Origin: Novakomyces olei
Lineage: Eukaryota
NCBI GenBank assembly: GCA_016906335.1
Contig: JADEYG010000007.1
Span: 434,001 to 498,000 of the forward strand
Direction of reading: 5' to 3'
Length of the DNA: 64,000 nt
Shown here piece by piece: positions 48,492-59,645 of the stretch. The notes under the pieces were generated by a model. The model did no database searches, was not told the DNA's origin, and saw nothing but the letters and a program-made list of their open reading frames with translations. Position 1 is the stretch's first letter. Each line of letters starts with the position of its first letter. A program made the translations under genes and the position numbers.

Positions 48492-50387
48492 TTAAACAGC
48501 TTCGTCACGAGACTGGCTCTCTTGCTCGGTCTTTGAGTGGCTCGCAGCCGACGAGACATGTTCAGATTGACGAGAACGGCACCACCAGCGATGACCCGGC
48601 CAGGCCTTGGACTGGCACTCCTTGCCACAGTACTTTGTACGACGGCAGCGACGGCATTTTGCAAACTGCCGGTTGTACTCCTCCCATTTCCCACACTCCA
48701 AGTTGGCACACTGCCGTATACCGCCCCGGGACTCATCCTTGCGGCAAGTGTTTCTCATAATAACACCGGCCCAGTACTGAACTTCGGCCGGATGGATCCG
48801 GAGGGTGAACCGTTCCACAAGGGCAAACACATTGTACCGCAGGGCCGGCGGCAGTTCCTTGAGTGGAGCATAATTGTCCATTGTCTCATCAACTGCAGCC
48901 GGTCGAGAAGCCTGATTAGGGCTCTGCCGCCGTAGACTCTGCAAGTCGGGGACCCGTAGCGCCGGTGCATCAACGGCAAACTGAAAGTAGTGTCGCAGGT
49001 AAGGGTACTTGGAAATGTAGGCAAGCAATTGGAGGCAGTACAGGACATCTTCCTCCCTCGGGATTCGGTGAGGTCTCGATTCCGGGATTGCTGCTGCTGC
49101 CAGTGCTCGGGGAGGGATGGAAGACTGCTCAGCAGCTGAAACTGCTTCAGCCGCCGGCCGAACAACGTCCACGGGGCCCGTGGACTGTACCTGCTGCGCC
49201 AAGGCAGTGCCTGGCACATTCACACTCGTTTCGGGGACGGTACTGCTGGCGGCACCAGCACCAGCGCCAGTGGGCGACTGGCCAGAATAATTGACAGGGT
49301 AATTACCAGAATGGCTGCCAGAGTGACCAGAATAGCTGCCAGAATAATTTCCAGAATGACCAGAATGGCCAGAATGATTTCCAGAATGACTACCGTTCTG
49401 GCTGCCGTTAGTATTATGGTGATGATGACGATGATGGTGGTGGTGACGATGCGTCCGTCCCTGTTCGACCAAAGGCATACTGCCATCGTCGGCGGCAGCA
49501 GAGGTAAAATCCACGACAGAAGAGCTTATTCCCGGCGACAGACCGGTGGCGATTGTGCCGCCGGATATCTGTGTAGACGAAATATCGCCAATTTCTCTCG
49601 AAATTTCCACCGCCGATATCCCGAGCCCCGTTCCCGCAAACGAAGTGGCGCCAGAGCGCAGACCTGACGAACCCTGCATTTGATCGTCGGCAAGGGTAGA
49701 GATCTCGGAGCCGGCTTCGTCGTCGCCAGAGTCACGCGACACTGTGCCATCCGCCGGACCCGCTGAGCCCACTGCCGTTTGTCGGGCAGACAAAGAGCCA
49801 ACAAAGGCGGGCAGAGGTAGAGTGCTGGAGCGTAGAGGAGCGGTGGCAGCGGCAGTACTGGCGGCAGAAGAGTCTGCCGCAGCGGGTACAGAGGCGGGTA
49901 CAGAAGCGGGTAAAGATCTGGCAGGCAGAGAGCCGACAGTGACAGAGGCCATAGCGGGAAAGGCGACAGCCCTTTCCGGTGAGATCTCTTCCAGAGCCAA
50001 GAGAAAATCGTCGAGCAGGGTGACGATGACGGGAACGATATCGGCCTGTATTACGCGTTCACGAACGGCCTCGGTGCCACGGATGCCGATATTGACGATA
50101 CACTGGAAGGAAAACTGCCATAGGGCAGTCTCCAAAAGAGCATTGCCAGTACACTCTTCGCGGTGGTCTTCCAGCTTCAGGAGGTGCACGAGCCGTTCAA
50201 TAGCACCGTCCTGAGCGAGCAAGTGCCGTGTTCGAGCGGACACGGAGCTCAAGTAGGCCAAGTGTGACAGCGAGTTGACTAGTGGCAGGAGAGCAGTAGA
50301 GTCGAGTGCCCGCCGGTCGTAGAAGGTGGCACTGATCTCGGCTGCCGGTTTGTTGTGGAGTGGCTGGCAGCAGTTGGGTTGCCGCAT
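48492..50387 (-). CDS. MUB1: MYND zinc-finger protein Mub1/SamB
   Basis: YDRRALD..LPLVNSLSHLAYL, LQLLAYISKY, QYWAGVIMRN.CRKDESRGGIRQCA, CRRCRRTKYCGKECQSKAW..HRWWC. Confidence 0.93.
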   Translation of the reverse strand: MRQPNCCQPLHNKPAAEISATFYDRRALDSTALLPLVNSLSHLAYLSSVSARTRHLLAQDGAIERLVHLLKLEDHREECTGNALLETALWQFSFQCIVNIGIRGTEAVRERVIQADIVPVIVTLLDDFLLALEEISPERAVAFPAMASVTVGSLPARSLPASVPASVPAAADSSAASTAAATAPLRSSTLPLPAFVGSLSARQTAVGSAGPADGTVSRDSGDDEAGSEISTLADDQMQGSSGLRSGATSFAGTGLGISAVEISREIGDISSTQISGGTIATGLSPGISSSVVDFTSAAADDGSMPLVEQGRTHRHHHHHRHHHHNTNGSQNGSHSGNHSGHSGHSGNYSGSYSGHSGSHSGNYPVNYSGQSPTGAGAGAASSTVPETSVNVPGTALAQQVQSTGPVDVVRPAAEAVSAAEQSSIPPRALAAAAIPESRPHRIPREEDVLYCLQLLAYISKYPYLRHYFQFAVDAPALRVPDLQSLRRQSPNQASRPAAVDETMDNYAPLKELPPALRYNVFALVERFTLRIHPAEVQYWAGVIMRNTCRKDESRGGIRQCANLECGKWEEYNRQFAKCRRCRRTKYCGKECQSKAWPGHRWWCRSRQSEHVSSAASHSKTEQESQSRDEAV

Positions 50388-50719
50388 GGACACTGGCTGC
50401 GCAGTGGCTGCGCACTCGTTCTGCTGTGCTCTTGCAAGTTTAAACTTATCTTTGCCTCGCAAAGAACCACACCACGATCAAAGGGTTACAAAGTTCCGCT
50501 GATCGAGTAAACGTGTGACAAACAGTGGTTTAGTGTACGCCTTTAAAAGTACGTTGCACTCGCGCGTTTCTGCCAACACTTTTTCGCGTGCAGTACGGTG
50601 AGACTTTTGCCGCCGCGATTCGTAGTGTCTTGTGCGGTCGAGAATTTACGTATTCCGTTTCCAGGAATGTCGGTATGATTGTATGATTGTGCAAAGTGGA
50701 AAGTGGTAAAGTATTAAAA

Positions 50720-50860
50720 ATATGGTATAAATGTGGTATAAATTTGGATTAATGTGGTATAAATTTGGATTAATGTGGTATAAATTTGGATAAATGTGGA
50801 ATAAATATGGAATAAATTTGGTATAAAGTAGTATAAATGTGGCAATGTGGTATAAATGTA
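50720..50860. repeat. Degenerate 21-bp tandem repeat (AATGTGGTATAAATTTGGATT)
   Basis: About 3 near-perfect units plus degenerate flanks. Confidence 0.8.
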
Positions 50861-51510
50861 AGAATGTACGCCCAAATCCTGACCACACTAGAGTCACGTT
50901 ACTTGGCGAGAATTAAGGTATTTGCTTAGTAAGGCGATATAGTGTATACGACGAATACTTGCCGCAATCACAATCATACTCGTCGCCCACAGTAATTACG
51001 TATTTTCACTATATTACTGCTATAATACTACTCGTCACTCGTCACTCGTCACGACCATACTCTGTCGTACGTAAACGAGTTCAAAGTTATCTGATCCATT
51101 TGTATGTATGTGCCAAGTCGGTTGCTGCGATTGTGAATCAGGTTTTACTCCAAAACACAGACATTCACAAGGGTTGCACGTAGACTAGAGATGCTGAAAC
51201 ATGACTCGAGATTTGCGTCATTGGTAGACTAGCGTTCCAGCGCGCGTAAACTTGCAGCTCTTTTGCCCTTTTGAGTACGAGTCTTGCCAGACTGCCGTTT
51301 GATACACATTCCGTCAAATGGCCACGACCGCGGATGGCTAGTGGTTGTTTAAATCGTGTCGATGGGAAGCTCTATTCATTTGGATACTAGACAACCGACA
51401 ATGGTACGAGCCATTGCCTTCTACAAAGGTATTACAAGTCTTGACCGTGCTTTTAAAAGTAACAATTTCAGATTAGTGTCTGATTTATGCTATCATTTTT
51501 GCACCATATT

Positions 51511-53143
51511 TCATTCTATGATGCCTGCAATGCCGTCTTCAGGCCGTTCTTCCTGCCCATTGCGTGGCTCACCCGCATCTGCTTGATTTGCCTGCTCCGC
51601 TTGGTCCGTAGGCTCTGGCTGCTCTATCCGCTCTTCCACCAATTCTTGCAATAAATTTGGGCGCCTAGCAGCCTTGCGAAGCAGCTTCACCGCTCTCATA
51701 AATTCACCACGTATCTTCAAACGTTTAGTAAAAGATTTGTTGAATGCATTGATTTGAATTTTAGAAACAGGCAAAAGCAGATCAAACTTGCTTGGTATAA
51801 ACAGTAATAAATCAACTGAAAAAAGATTTGAAACAATATACATACAGCAAAGAGTCCTTTACGACGGACTGTACGGCCCACATTGTGCGAGATTTCAAAT
51901 GGATCTTCAATAGCCAAAACGTAACGGTCACGAATGACATTTTGCTCTGCGTCTACATGCTCGGCTGCCTGCAGCCAGCCCTTGTCTTCCTTCTTTAGAA
52001 GCCCTCCACGCGTGCGTATACTTACGACATAGTCGCGATATACAAAATCATACGCGTAATAGTTGAAGAAGCCGTAGATGAGTTGACCTAATGATTGAGT
52101 GTTTTGCGCTCCAATAGGCGCGCTATCAGGCTCGAACCATACATTGTACCCTTCACATTCTACTTGGTCCAGGGAAACATGACCATGAGGCCGTTCGAGC
52201 TGCAAGTTGGGAATCAACGGCGGTCTTACCACGTTAATCAGATAGTGTATAATAAGCAAAACGTATCCATAACTTGAAAGTGTACCACGGTACGATGAGT
52301 TGATTTTTCTCCGTTTGCTCCAAAACTTTATAAACAAAACAATGTAGCGTACGCGTTCATCACTACGCGCATATGCAGCTAATAGACGCGTGTTATGAAT
52401 GGCCAATAAATTTTCAAACCCAATATCGCAACTTAAACCGTACCGGAACCGGTTCTTGGGATCGTCAAGCAATTTAATAATAGGTACACGTGTTTTCGTG
52501 ATCAACTTCATCTCAAAGCCTTTTGTAAGTAAAACTAGATAAACGGTTTGAAAAGAAACTGGACAAATTTAAATAAATCAAGTCTCACACCTTGAGAGCC
52601 CTCCAAGAGATCATACAGTATCTGCGGCAATTCCGTTTTGATCTCTGGTCCATGGCCTAATCGTTCTCCGTAAATGCAAATATCCATGTCTGAATGTTGT
52701 ACGGAAAAGCCGTTTACAATGCTTCCAAAAACAGCTACTTTATAGCCTGCACGTATTAGTGATGCAGCTGAAACGAGCCGCTTACCCGGATCTATAGCCT
52801 TCACAAACTTTGCCAGAAACTGCACAAAATGCATTTTTTCCTCAAGCTCAAGTTGCGAAATTTGATTTTCCCGTGCTACATCTAAACACATTTGAGTGAG
52901 CAGATCAAACGGAACGTCCCGCCATAAGCTTTCTTCTTGAGTCTCGCGTCTACCAAACTTTAAATTGTCCTGGCCGCTAAAAAAATTATTCGCATTTCGA
53001 GCTGGCGGCAACTTTGTCCTGATGCCTTTGGCCAAAGGCGGATTCGCAGGGTGGTTTTGGCCACCAACTCGAGGCGGCCATTGCGACCGCTCAGGAGAGT
53101 TACCGATAGGCGGTATAAGAACTGGTCTCTTGCCGTTTTCCAT
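51511..53143 (-). CDS. cid1: Cid1-type terminal uridylyltransferase (non-canonical poly(A)/poly(U) polymerase)
   Basis: FGS..NG..SDMDICI, RVPIIKL, CDIGFEN, GTLSSYGYVLL, LAIEDPFEISHNVGRTV..IRGEF; three introns. Confidence 0.88.
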
Positions 53144-53537
53144 ACACTCTGACAAACTGACTCTTGAGCCTGGCACACCGCTTCCCGGATCAATTCTAGT
53201 GCAATTTGTTCATTGTTTTTCCACGCAACTAACCAAGCGGCCGTCTCAAACCATATATTCCTGCGATCAATATCTTTTGCTAAACCTGATAAATCGAGCT
53301 TGTAGTTGATCGCGATTAACTTTAATATAGTCCAATTAGCACCAAAGTATTAATATAACAAGGTTATTCAAGCAATATTATTCGAACAATATTCAACAAT
53401 TTTCAACAATATTCAAACAATATTCAAACAATATTATCATCTAACAATATATAATAATCATGAACGCTATTATCACAATGCAATGTAACATTAATTAATG
53501 TATGCCGGCAAGAAAATCAACTTTGGTCGGATAAATC

Positions 53538-54195
53538 ATGTGGCGCTTTACGTTATTTCTCGCACTGGCGTCAGTTTCAATCTGTCAAGCTTTTGAATTG
53601 GTTCTCCGGGCGTTAGATGATACTGCTCATCCTATAACCTGTGGACAAGTTGACGCAACCAAAGAGTCATTGGCAAGGTTACACGATTGTTTTGCTTCAC
53701 AACTCGGCGACGATGCACTGCAGCAAATCGGGTTACGGCGTGACGGCCAAGTAAAGTACACGAGCACTGTGCAAAGGGTATTTTTAGATTTATAACCCAA
53801 TTTCATTTACATTTATCATTGTCTGGTTCTGACGTTAGAACACGGACAAATCACTGGCGCAAGTATTACGCATCCACACTTTGAAAGGCACACCTTATCA
53901 TGTTTCTTACTTTGAGCGGGCGATTTTACCCGGTGTAAGTTTAAATGCGGCTTACTTCATGCTCATGGAACAGGAGGAAAGCATAATAATTGTCTTTCAC
54001 GAAACGTCCAATGGGCCTGATCCTATCCTTAAGCATGTTATGAAACCGGCACGAGCAGATATAGAGACGGACGAGGAGGCTGATGAGGAGGAGGCACCAC
54101 CGAAAACATTTTTACAAAAATACTGGATGTACTTGGTACCGGTAGCGCTGTTTTTGCTGGTCGGCGGTGGCGGCGGCGGCGAGAGTGCTCAGTAA
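53538..54195 (+). CDS. EMC10: ER membrane complex subunit 10-like protein
   Basis: Signal peptide; C-terminal PPKTFLQKYWMYLVPVALFLLVGGGGG. Confidence 0.8.
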
Positions 54196-55308
54196 TTCAA
54201 AAACTGGCGACTAAGTTGAAAGCGCTATTTGGAATGACCTTCAAATCTGCGTATTACACAAAAACACAATGCTCTCCGTGTTTGATGCATGCCTAAAATT
54301 TGTTTATCGCTTGAGGCTGGCAGAAACCGCAGATGTCTATACATGAAAACGTTTATTCCATATAAAATGCCCGCCCCACTTGAGCCGACTGGCCCTGTGT
54401 GTGAATTGCTGGCGGTATCCCACCAATTAGAACTGTAGTACATTCGACTTGGCCTAGGAAACCTGAATTTGAGAATTAAAAAAAAATAAATAAATAAATA
54501 AAGCAAAACAAAGCACGGCAGGACAGCCAGCCAACGGGCGCAACCACGTTTGCATGTTTGCATGTTTGCCGGACATTCGCTATATCGCACAGAATAATTA
54601 GGGTTAGGGTTAGTATCATTGCTAGAGGTGGTGCGCATTTGTATATTACTCAACAAGCAACGGTGAGTAATAAATCTCGTTTATGGCAACAAAGCCTATT
54701 GAATTCGCCAAATTAGTTTTCGCACCTCGCCAGAACGTAAATGGCGCGTTGCGCGTAATTTGTAAATAAACAAATTAATGTGCGGCAAATATTCGCGTAA
54801 ATAAAGAATTGCGTCCCGATCAGCAATTCTCTTTACCTCAGTTTCGCGGCCGATTTGTTGTCTTTGCTCGTTCTGCGCGCGTCTCTTTCCGTCGTCATCA
54901 GAAAGCTCTCACAGCCACTGGCGCGTGTGTACTGCCTCAAAGCGACAGCACTTGTCTGTACCGCGAGCGCTCCTTGTATGAGTGTGTAATTGCACTCTGC
55001 CCTCCGCTGCCATTCGTCTCTAGCAGTCCGAGCGCAAGTACAGTGCCTCCAGAAAAGGCCTCGTATAAAGGCCGCTAAAGGCCTCGATTGGTGTTTGCAC
55101 CGCTAAACATTCTTTACTGTCTCTCTTTACTATCTCTCTCTCTCTCTCTCTCTCTCTTTACTCTCTTTACTCTCTTTACTCTGTATTCACACACACTCTC
55201 TACTCGTCTCTCTTTAATACACATCGTTTCTTTTGTTTGCGTGTTTGAATATCTGTACATTTGCCATCAGTTCTACATTTGCCGTCAATTCCACATTTGC
55301 ATTCTGAA

Positions 55309-57270
55309 ATGGGTGAGTCTCCAAATCATTGCCTCACTAATTAATGCAGCAACCGTCTACCGCACAGTCCAGCTTTCGCCGCAGCAGTACTCAGAGTACG
55401 TAGCCGGCGGCCGCACTGCCAATCTGGAGACTTATTTGCCACAGAGCAGTCCAACGTACGCACGCACTTTTATGATTATTATACATCCACTGACCGGAGC
55501 AGGTCGTCGTCGTCTATCGACTGGTGGCCCTACCACTCGTCCACGCAGCCGCAGGTATGGTGGACCCCGGAACCCACTTCGTCTCGCGTCTGGTGGACTC
55601 CCGCAGTGACGTCAAGTGCGTCTCCAAGTGCCTCGGCAGACGAGTACTCCTCTACGCCAGCACCGAGCAGTAAATTGCCTATATACCAAGCCTCGACTAA
55701 CTTTTAAGCCTCATCGTCCTGGAGCTCAGAGACGCCTGCCTCTACTTGGGCCTCGTCTTCTTCCTACGAACCCTCTTTGTCCTCCTCTTTGTCCTCTTCT
55801 TCTCACGAATCGACACACTCGCCCTCGAGCACGTTGGAGCCCAGCTCGACTTACACCTCCAGCCCGGCTACTATGACGTCTTCGTCATGGACCAGCCAAG
55901 TGTCTCACTGGTCCTCTACTTCCGCATCGCCGACTATGACGCAACCGTCTACCTCGTCAAGCAGCCGCAGCAGCAGCAGCAGCTCTTCTCCTTCTTCATC
56001 TGCCACTGCAGCATCGACTACACCGACCCCGTCTTCTTCGTCAGCGGCAGACTCACAAACCCGTTCAAGTTCAGCAGCTGACGCGTCTACAACCCGCCAA
56101 TCAGGCGGAGGAGGAGTGTCCCCTCAGACTGCTGGAGCCATTGGCGGAGCCATTGGAGGAGCAGTTGCCCTGGGCCTCGTTCTTTTCCTTGTCTTCTTTT
56201 GCATTCGCCGTAGGAAACGCGAGCTGCTACGCAGACAGGACGAGCTCTGGGAGAAGGAGATTTTGAACGAGCGAGAGGAGCGTGAAAAGCAGAGACTCGC
56301 TGCTGAGAGCCAGGAAGCTGCCCGCACCAATTCATCCACGGGGCCCGTGAGCAGAAGCAGTAATCCAAGCAGCACTCTCCGCACTGCTCCTGTCCTGCGG
56401 CCTTTAGACTCTGGTCCAAGTGGCAGTTTAGCAGCCACTATCCCTGCCGTCTTTGCTTCCAGTGCCAACTCGGCCAGTAGTACTCCTCCTGCCTCGAGTG
56501 CAAATGTGCCTGCTAGACGTATGAACCGTGGCATGCCTCCTGGAGCAGGCAGCTACCCTGCACGCAGTCCAGCAGGGCATCAGTCCCGGCCGGTGCCATA
56601 CAATAACGGCAGACAGAGTGCCAGTGCCAGTGCCGGACACGTGCCGCCGTCCATGTCGGCCGCTCAGCGGGGTATACCTCGGCCCATGCAGGGCAGCTAT
56701 GCACGGCCAGTGCCTTCGCACTTGCAGAGGCCCAGGAGCCCCTTGTCCCAGAGCCGTGGACCTGGCCAGGGACAGGTCCCTGCTGATACAGCGAGATCAG
56801 CTTCGGCAGGGCCAAGGCCAGTTGCCCCGCTGCATGTAAACCGTAAACCCATGATGCCTCCTCCTCATTCAGGTGCCGTACAAGAGCCGGGGTACCTGCC
56901 AAACTCTGCGTCTGCCGCCTCTATAGGCTCTATGCAATCTGCTGGCAGCAGCCATACACCGTTTGCCACTCCGTTTGACGATCAGCACAATACAAATCCT
57001 GCTGTACGGCACCAAAATGTGGCAAGCACAGGTGGGAATAGTGCTCGGGGAGCAGGGCCGCAAGCGAACCAAAGTACTTTGGAAGCCTGGGCCGAACGGA
57101 AACGTGCTCTACAACTTCAATTGTCTCCAGAGGGACCTACTGGCCGAAGCAAAACGTTCAGTAGACCCGTCCTGCCAGAGGTGTCTATCTCGCCTTTACG
57201 AGATACGTTCTTTGACGCCAGGGAAAAGCAGTCGCCGGAAAAGAGACAGAGGCCTACGGGAGGGCAATAG
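55309..57270 (+). CDS. Ser/Thr-rich single-pass membrane protein (Mid2/Skg6/Axl2-like cell-surface sensor)
   Basis: Long S/T tract, TM GAIGGAIGGAVALGLVLFLVFFCI-RRRKR, Pro-rich tail; 5' exons inferred from ATG G|GTGAGT and short introns. Confidence 0.7.
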
Positions 57271-58024
57271 TCGCCAGAACAGGGACATGAAACCGCGATC
57301 GAGACAAGACTGGACAATAATACCGATTTTTAAAAGAAAATGAATTCAACAGTCTCTGAATTGTCCATCTGTTTCATGACTGATTACACCTTTCACTTTT
57401 TTGTTTTAATATTATCAAGTTTACGAGTGCTTTGCAGACAAGTGCGTCTGGCCTACAGAGTGGCGAATAAAGGGCTATTGGTCTGCAGATTAGCAGGCCA
57501 CACAAAAGTACCAAATATGTTTATATTTTGCTATTGCGCTCAAATAAATGTGATGTGCGGACGCTCGGTTCTCCCTATATTGCATTGTTGATTTTGCACA
57601 CATGCCCGATAACTTGCACGCAAATAGCTCACCTATTTACCATATATTTGTATCTATTGTCTCATTCCTATTTGCCTTGAAGAAACCATGCATGTAGTCT
57701 AATTTACTCATAGTCATCGTTCAATGTCCACCGCCGTCGATTGTTCAGGTCGAATTTGAATTGTTTAAATTGCATGAGGACGGCAGTTTTACACGGTCCT
57801 TGTCTCGTGGCCGTATTAACCGGAACCTAAAAAATAAAACCATGTCTGGCCCTAACCCTTACGAGTCACTAGTATTAACAAGTAATTACATTATGAATCA
57901 ATTTATTAATTAATCAATTTATTAATGAATTAACTATCAACTACTCAATTTATTAATTTGTCAATTAATCAATCAAATAGAGCGCGATAGTAAAATTACA
58001 CTGTTATATCGAGTCTTCGAGCCA

Positions 58025-59236
58025 ATGGCGGACTACGGAAGCCGGGCGCAGCATCTAATAGACGAGCGTAAATACCTCGATGCTCTTGAATGTTTGGACC
58101 TGGCAATTGAAAAGCAGCAAGATCAGCCAGACTTGTTTCTCAAGAGGTAACAGTCTATGATTGAGCAGCCGTCACTAAACTCTAGAGCAATTGTACATCA
58201 GCGACTGAATGAGGCAGCGCTGGCGCTTCAAGATGCCGAGCAGGTAGTCCTGTTGGCTCATTCGCGGGGCAATGGATCCCTTATGGCGCAAGGTCAGCTG
58301 CGAAGAGCGTATGAAGAAGAAAAGACCACAACTGCCACTGACTCGCCAGAATATCTCTGTATCACATTGGACAGTATGGGAACGCGCTGTACCTTTTACG
58401 CAAGGCTTCTAGGCACTTGAGCAATGATCCAGCGCTCGCTGTCTGGATTACTAAAACAGAGCAAGAGTTATCGACGAGTAAGTCGTGCAAAACGAGGATG
58501 ATGGCAATACTAAATGCTAGTGGATGAGGACGCGAAGCAGCCCACGGTAGAAGAAGTGCCTGGCGATCCGCGGTCTGCACCTCTTTCGAGCAATCCGGCG
58601 ACTGCAGGACTCCGCGTCTCTGCTGCCTTGTCTCCCGCAAATCCAGACACAGCTTTACCCCGGCACGACTGGTACCAGACGCACGACAAAGTAGAAGTTT
58701 CAGTGTACGAAAAGAGCGTCGAGCCTTCCTCCCTGCACATAGAATTTTTGCCGCGACAGGTATAGCCTATGAGATTGTAGATGCGTCGGACTAACGACCA
58801 GGTTATTGTAAAGCACAGTGCAAAGGAATATGCTCTGCAGCCTTTATTTTCAGAGATTGATCCCGATAAAAGTTCCTACTCTGTGGGCCGTGTCAAAATC
58901 AGTTTGAGCCTGCAAAAGGCTGCAGACAAACGATGGGATAACCTTTTTTTTGAGGATTCTAGCTCCCATATGGGCGGAGCTAAAACGACCAAAAATTGGG
59001 ACAAGCTTGTCGCGTCAGAAGGCGGCGAAGGCGGTGAAGAGTCTTCGCCAGCGGACGGAGGCGTTAATGCTCTATTTCAGAAAATATACGCAGATGCGGA
59101 CGAGGATACCCGGCGGGCTATGGTGAAAAGCTTTGTTGAGAGCGGTGGCACTACGCTATCGACAAACTGGAGTGAAGTTAAGGAGGGGTCTGTTGACGTC
59201 AGGCCCCCGGAGGGAATGGAGCATCGTAAATTTTGA
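58025..59236 (+). CDS. SGT1: Hsp90 co-chaperone Sgt1 (TPR-CS-SGS)
   Basis: TPR N-terminus, RHDWYQT, KNWDKL, NALFQKIYADADEDTRRAMVKSFVESGGTTLSTNW..PPEGME. Confidence 0.93.
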
Positions 59237-59645
59237 ATTGACAAAATGCCCACACCAATCTGCGGCACCTTTTGTTACTGGCTTAACAATGACTTTAACA
59301 AGTTTAGTTAAAAGCAATTTAAAAGCATTTGGGTCTAGTCTGCCGGTCTGTCAAATCTTTTGATTTTGACTACGACTACACTAGTTTGGATGGTTTGGTG
59401 CTGGACGACCACCATACGGTGCTTTCTTTGGCTTGCCCAAATGGAATACTAAGCTATAATTATCATAATACATTATCAAACACGGACAAATGTCAAGATT
59501 AAACCCTAGAATTGCCCAACAATTAAAATAACCCTAGAATTCTAGAGTACGTGATCCACTGGACCAACCCAGCCAGCCACAGCGTCTCGATAGCGCTACT
59601 CAAGACTGTGAGTGCGGGTCACGATCGATTCTAGAACGATTTAAC

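Noticed and set aside
59370-59455. Minus-strand TATTCCAT...AAACCAT resembling snR30/U17 m1/m2 motifs
   Set aside because: No ACA box at the expected distance after m2, and m1 is imperfect
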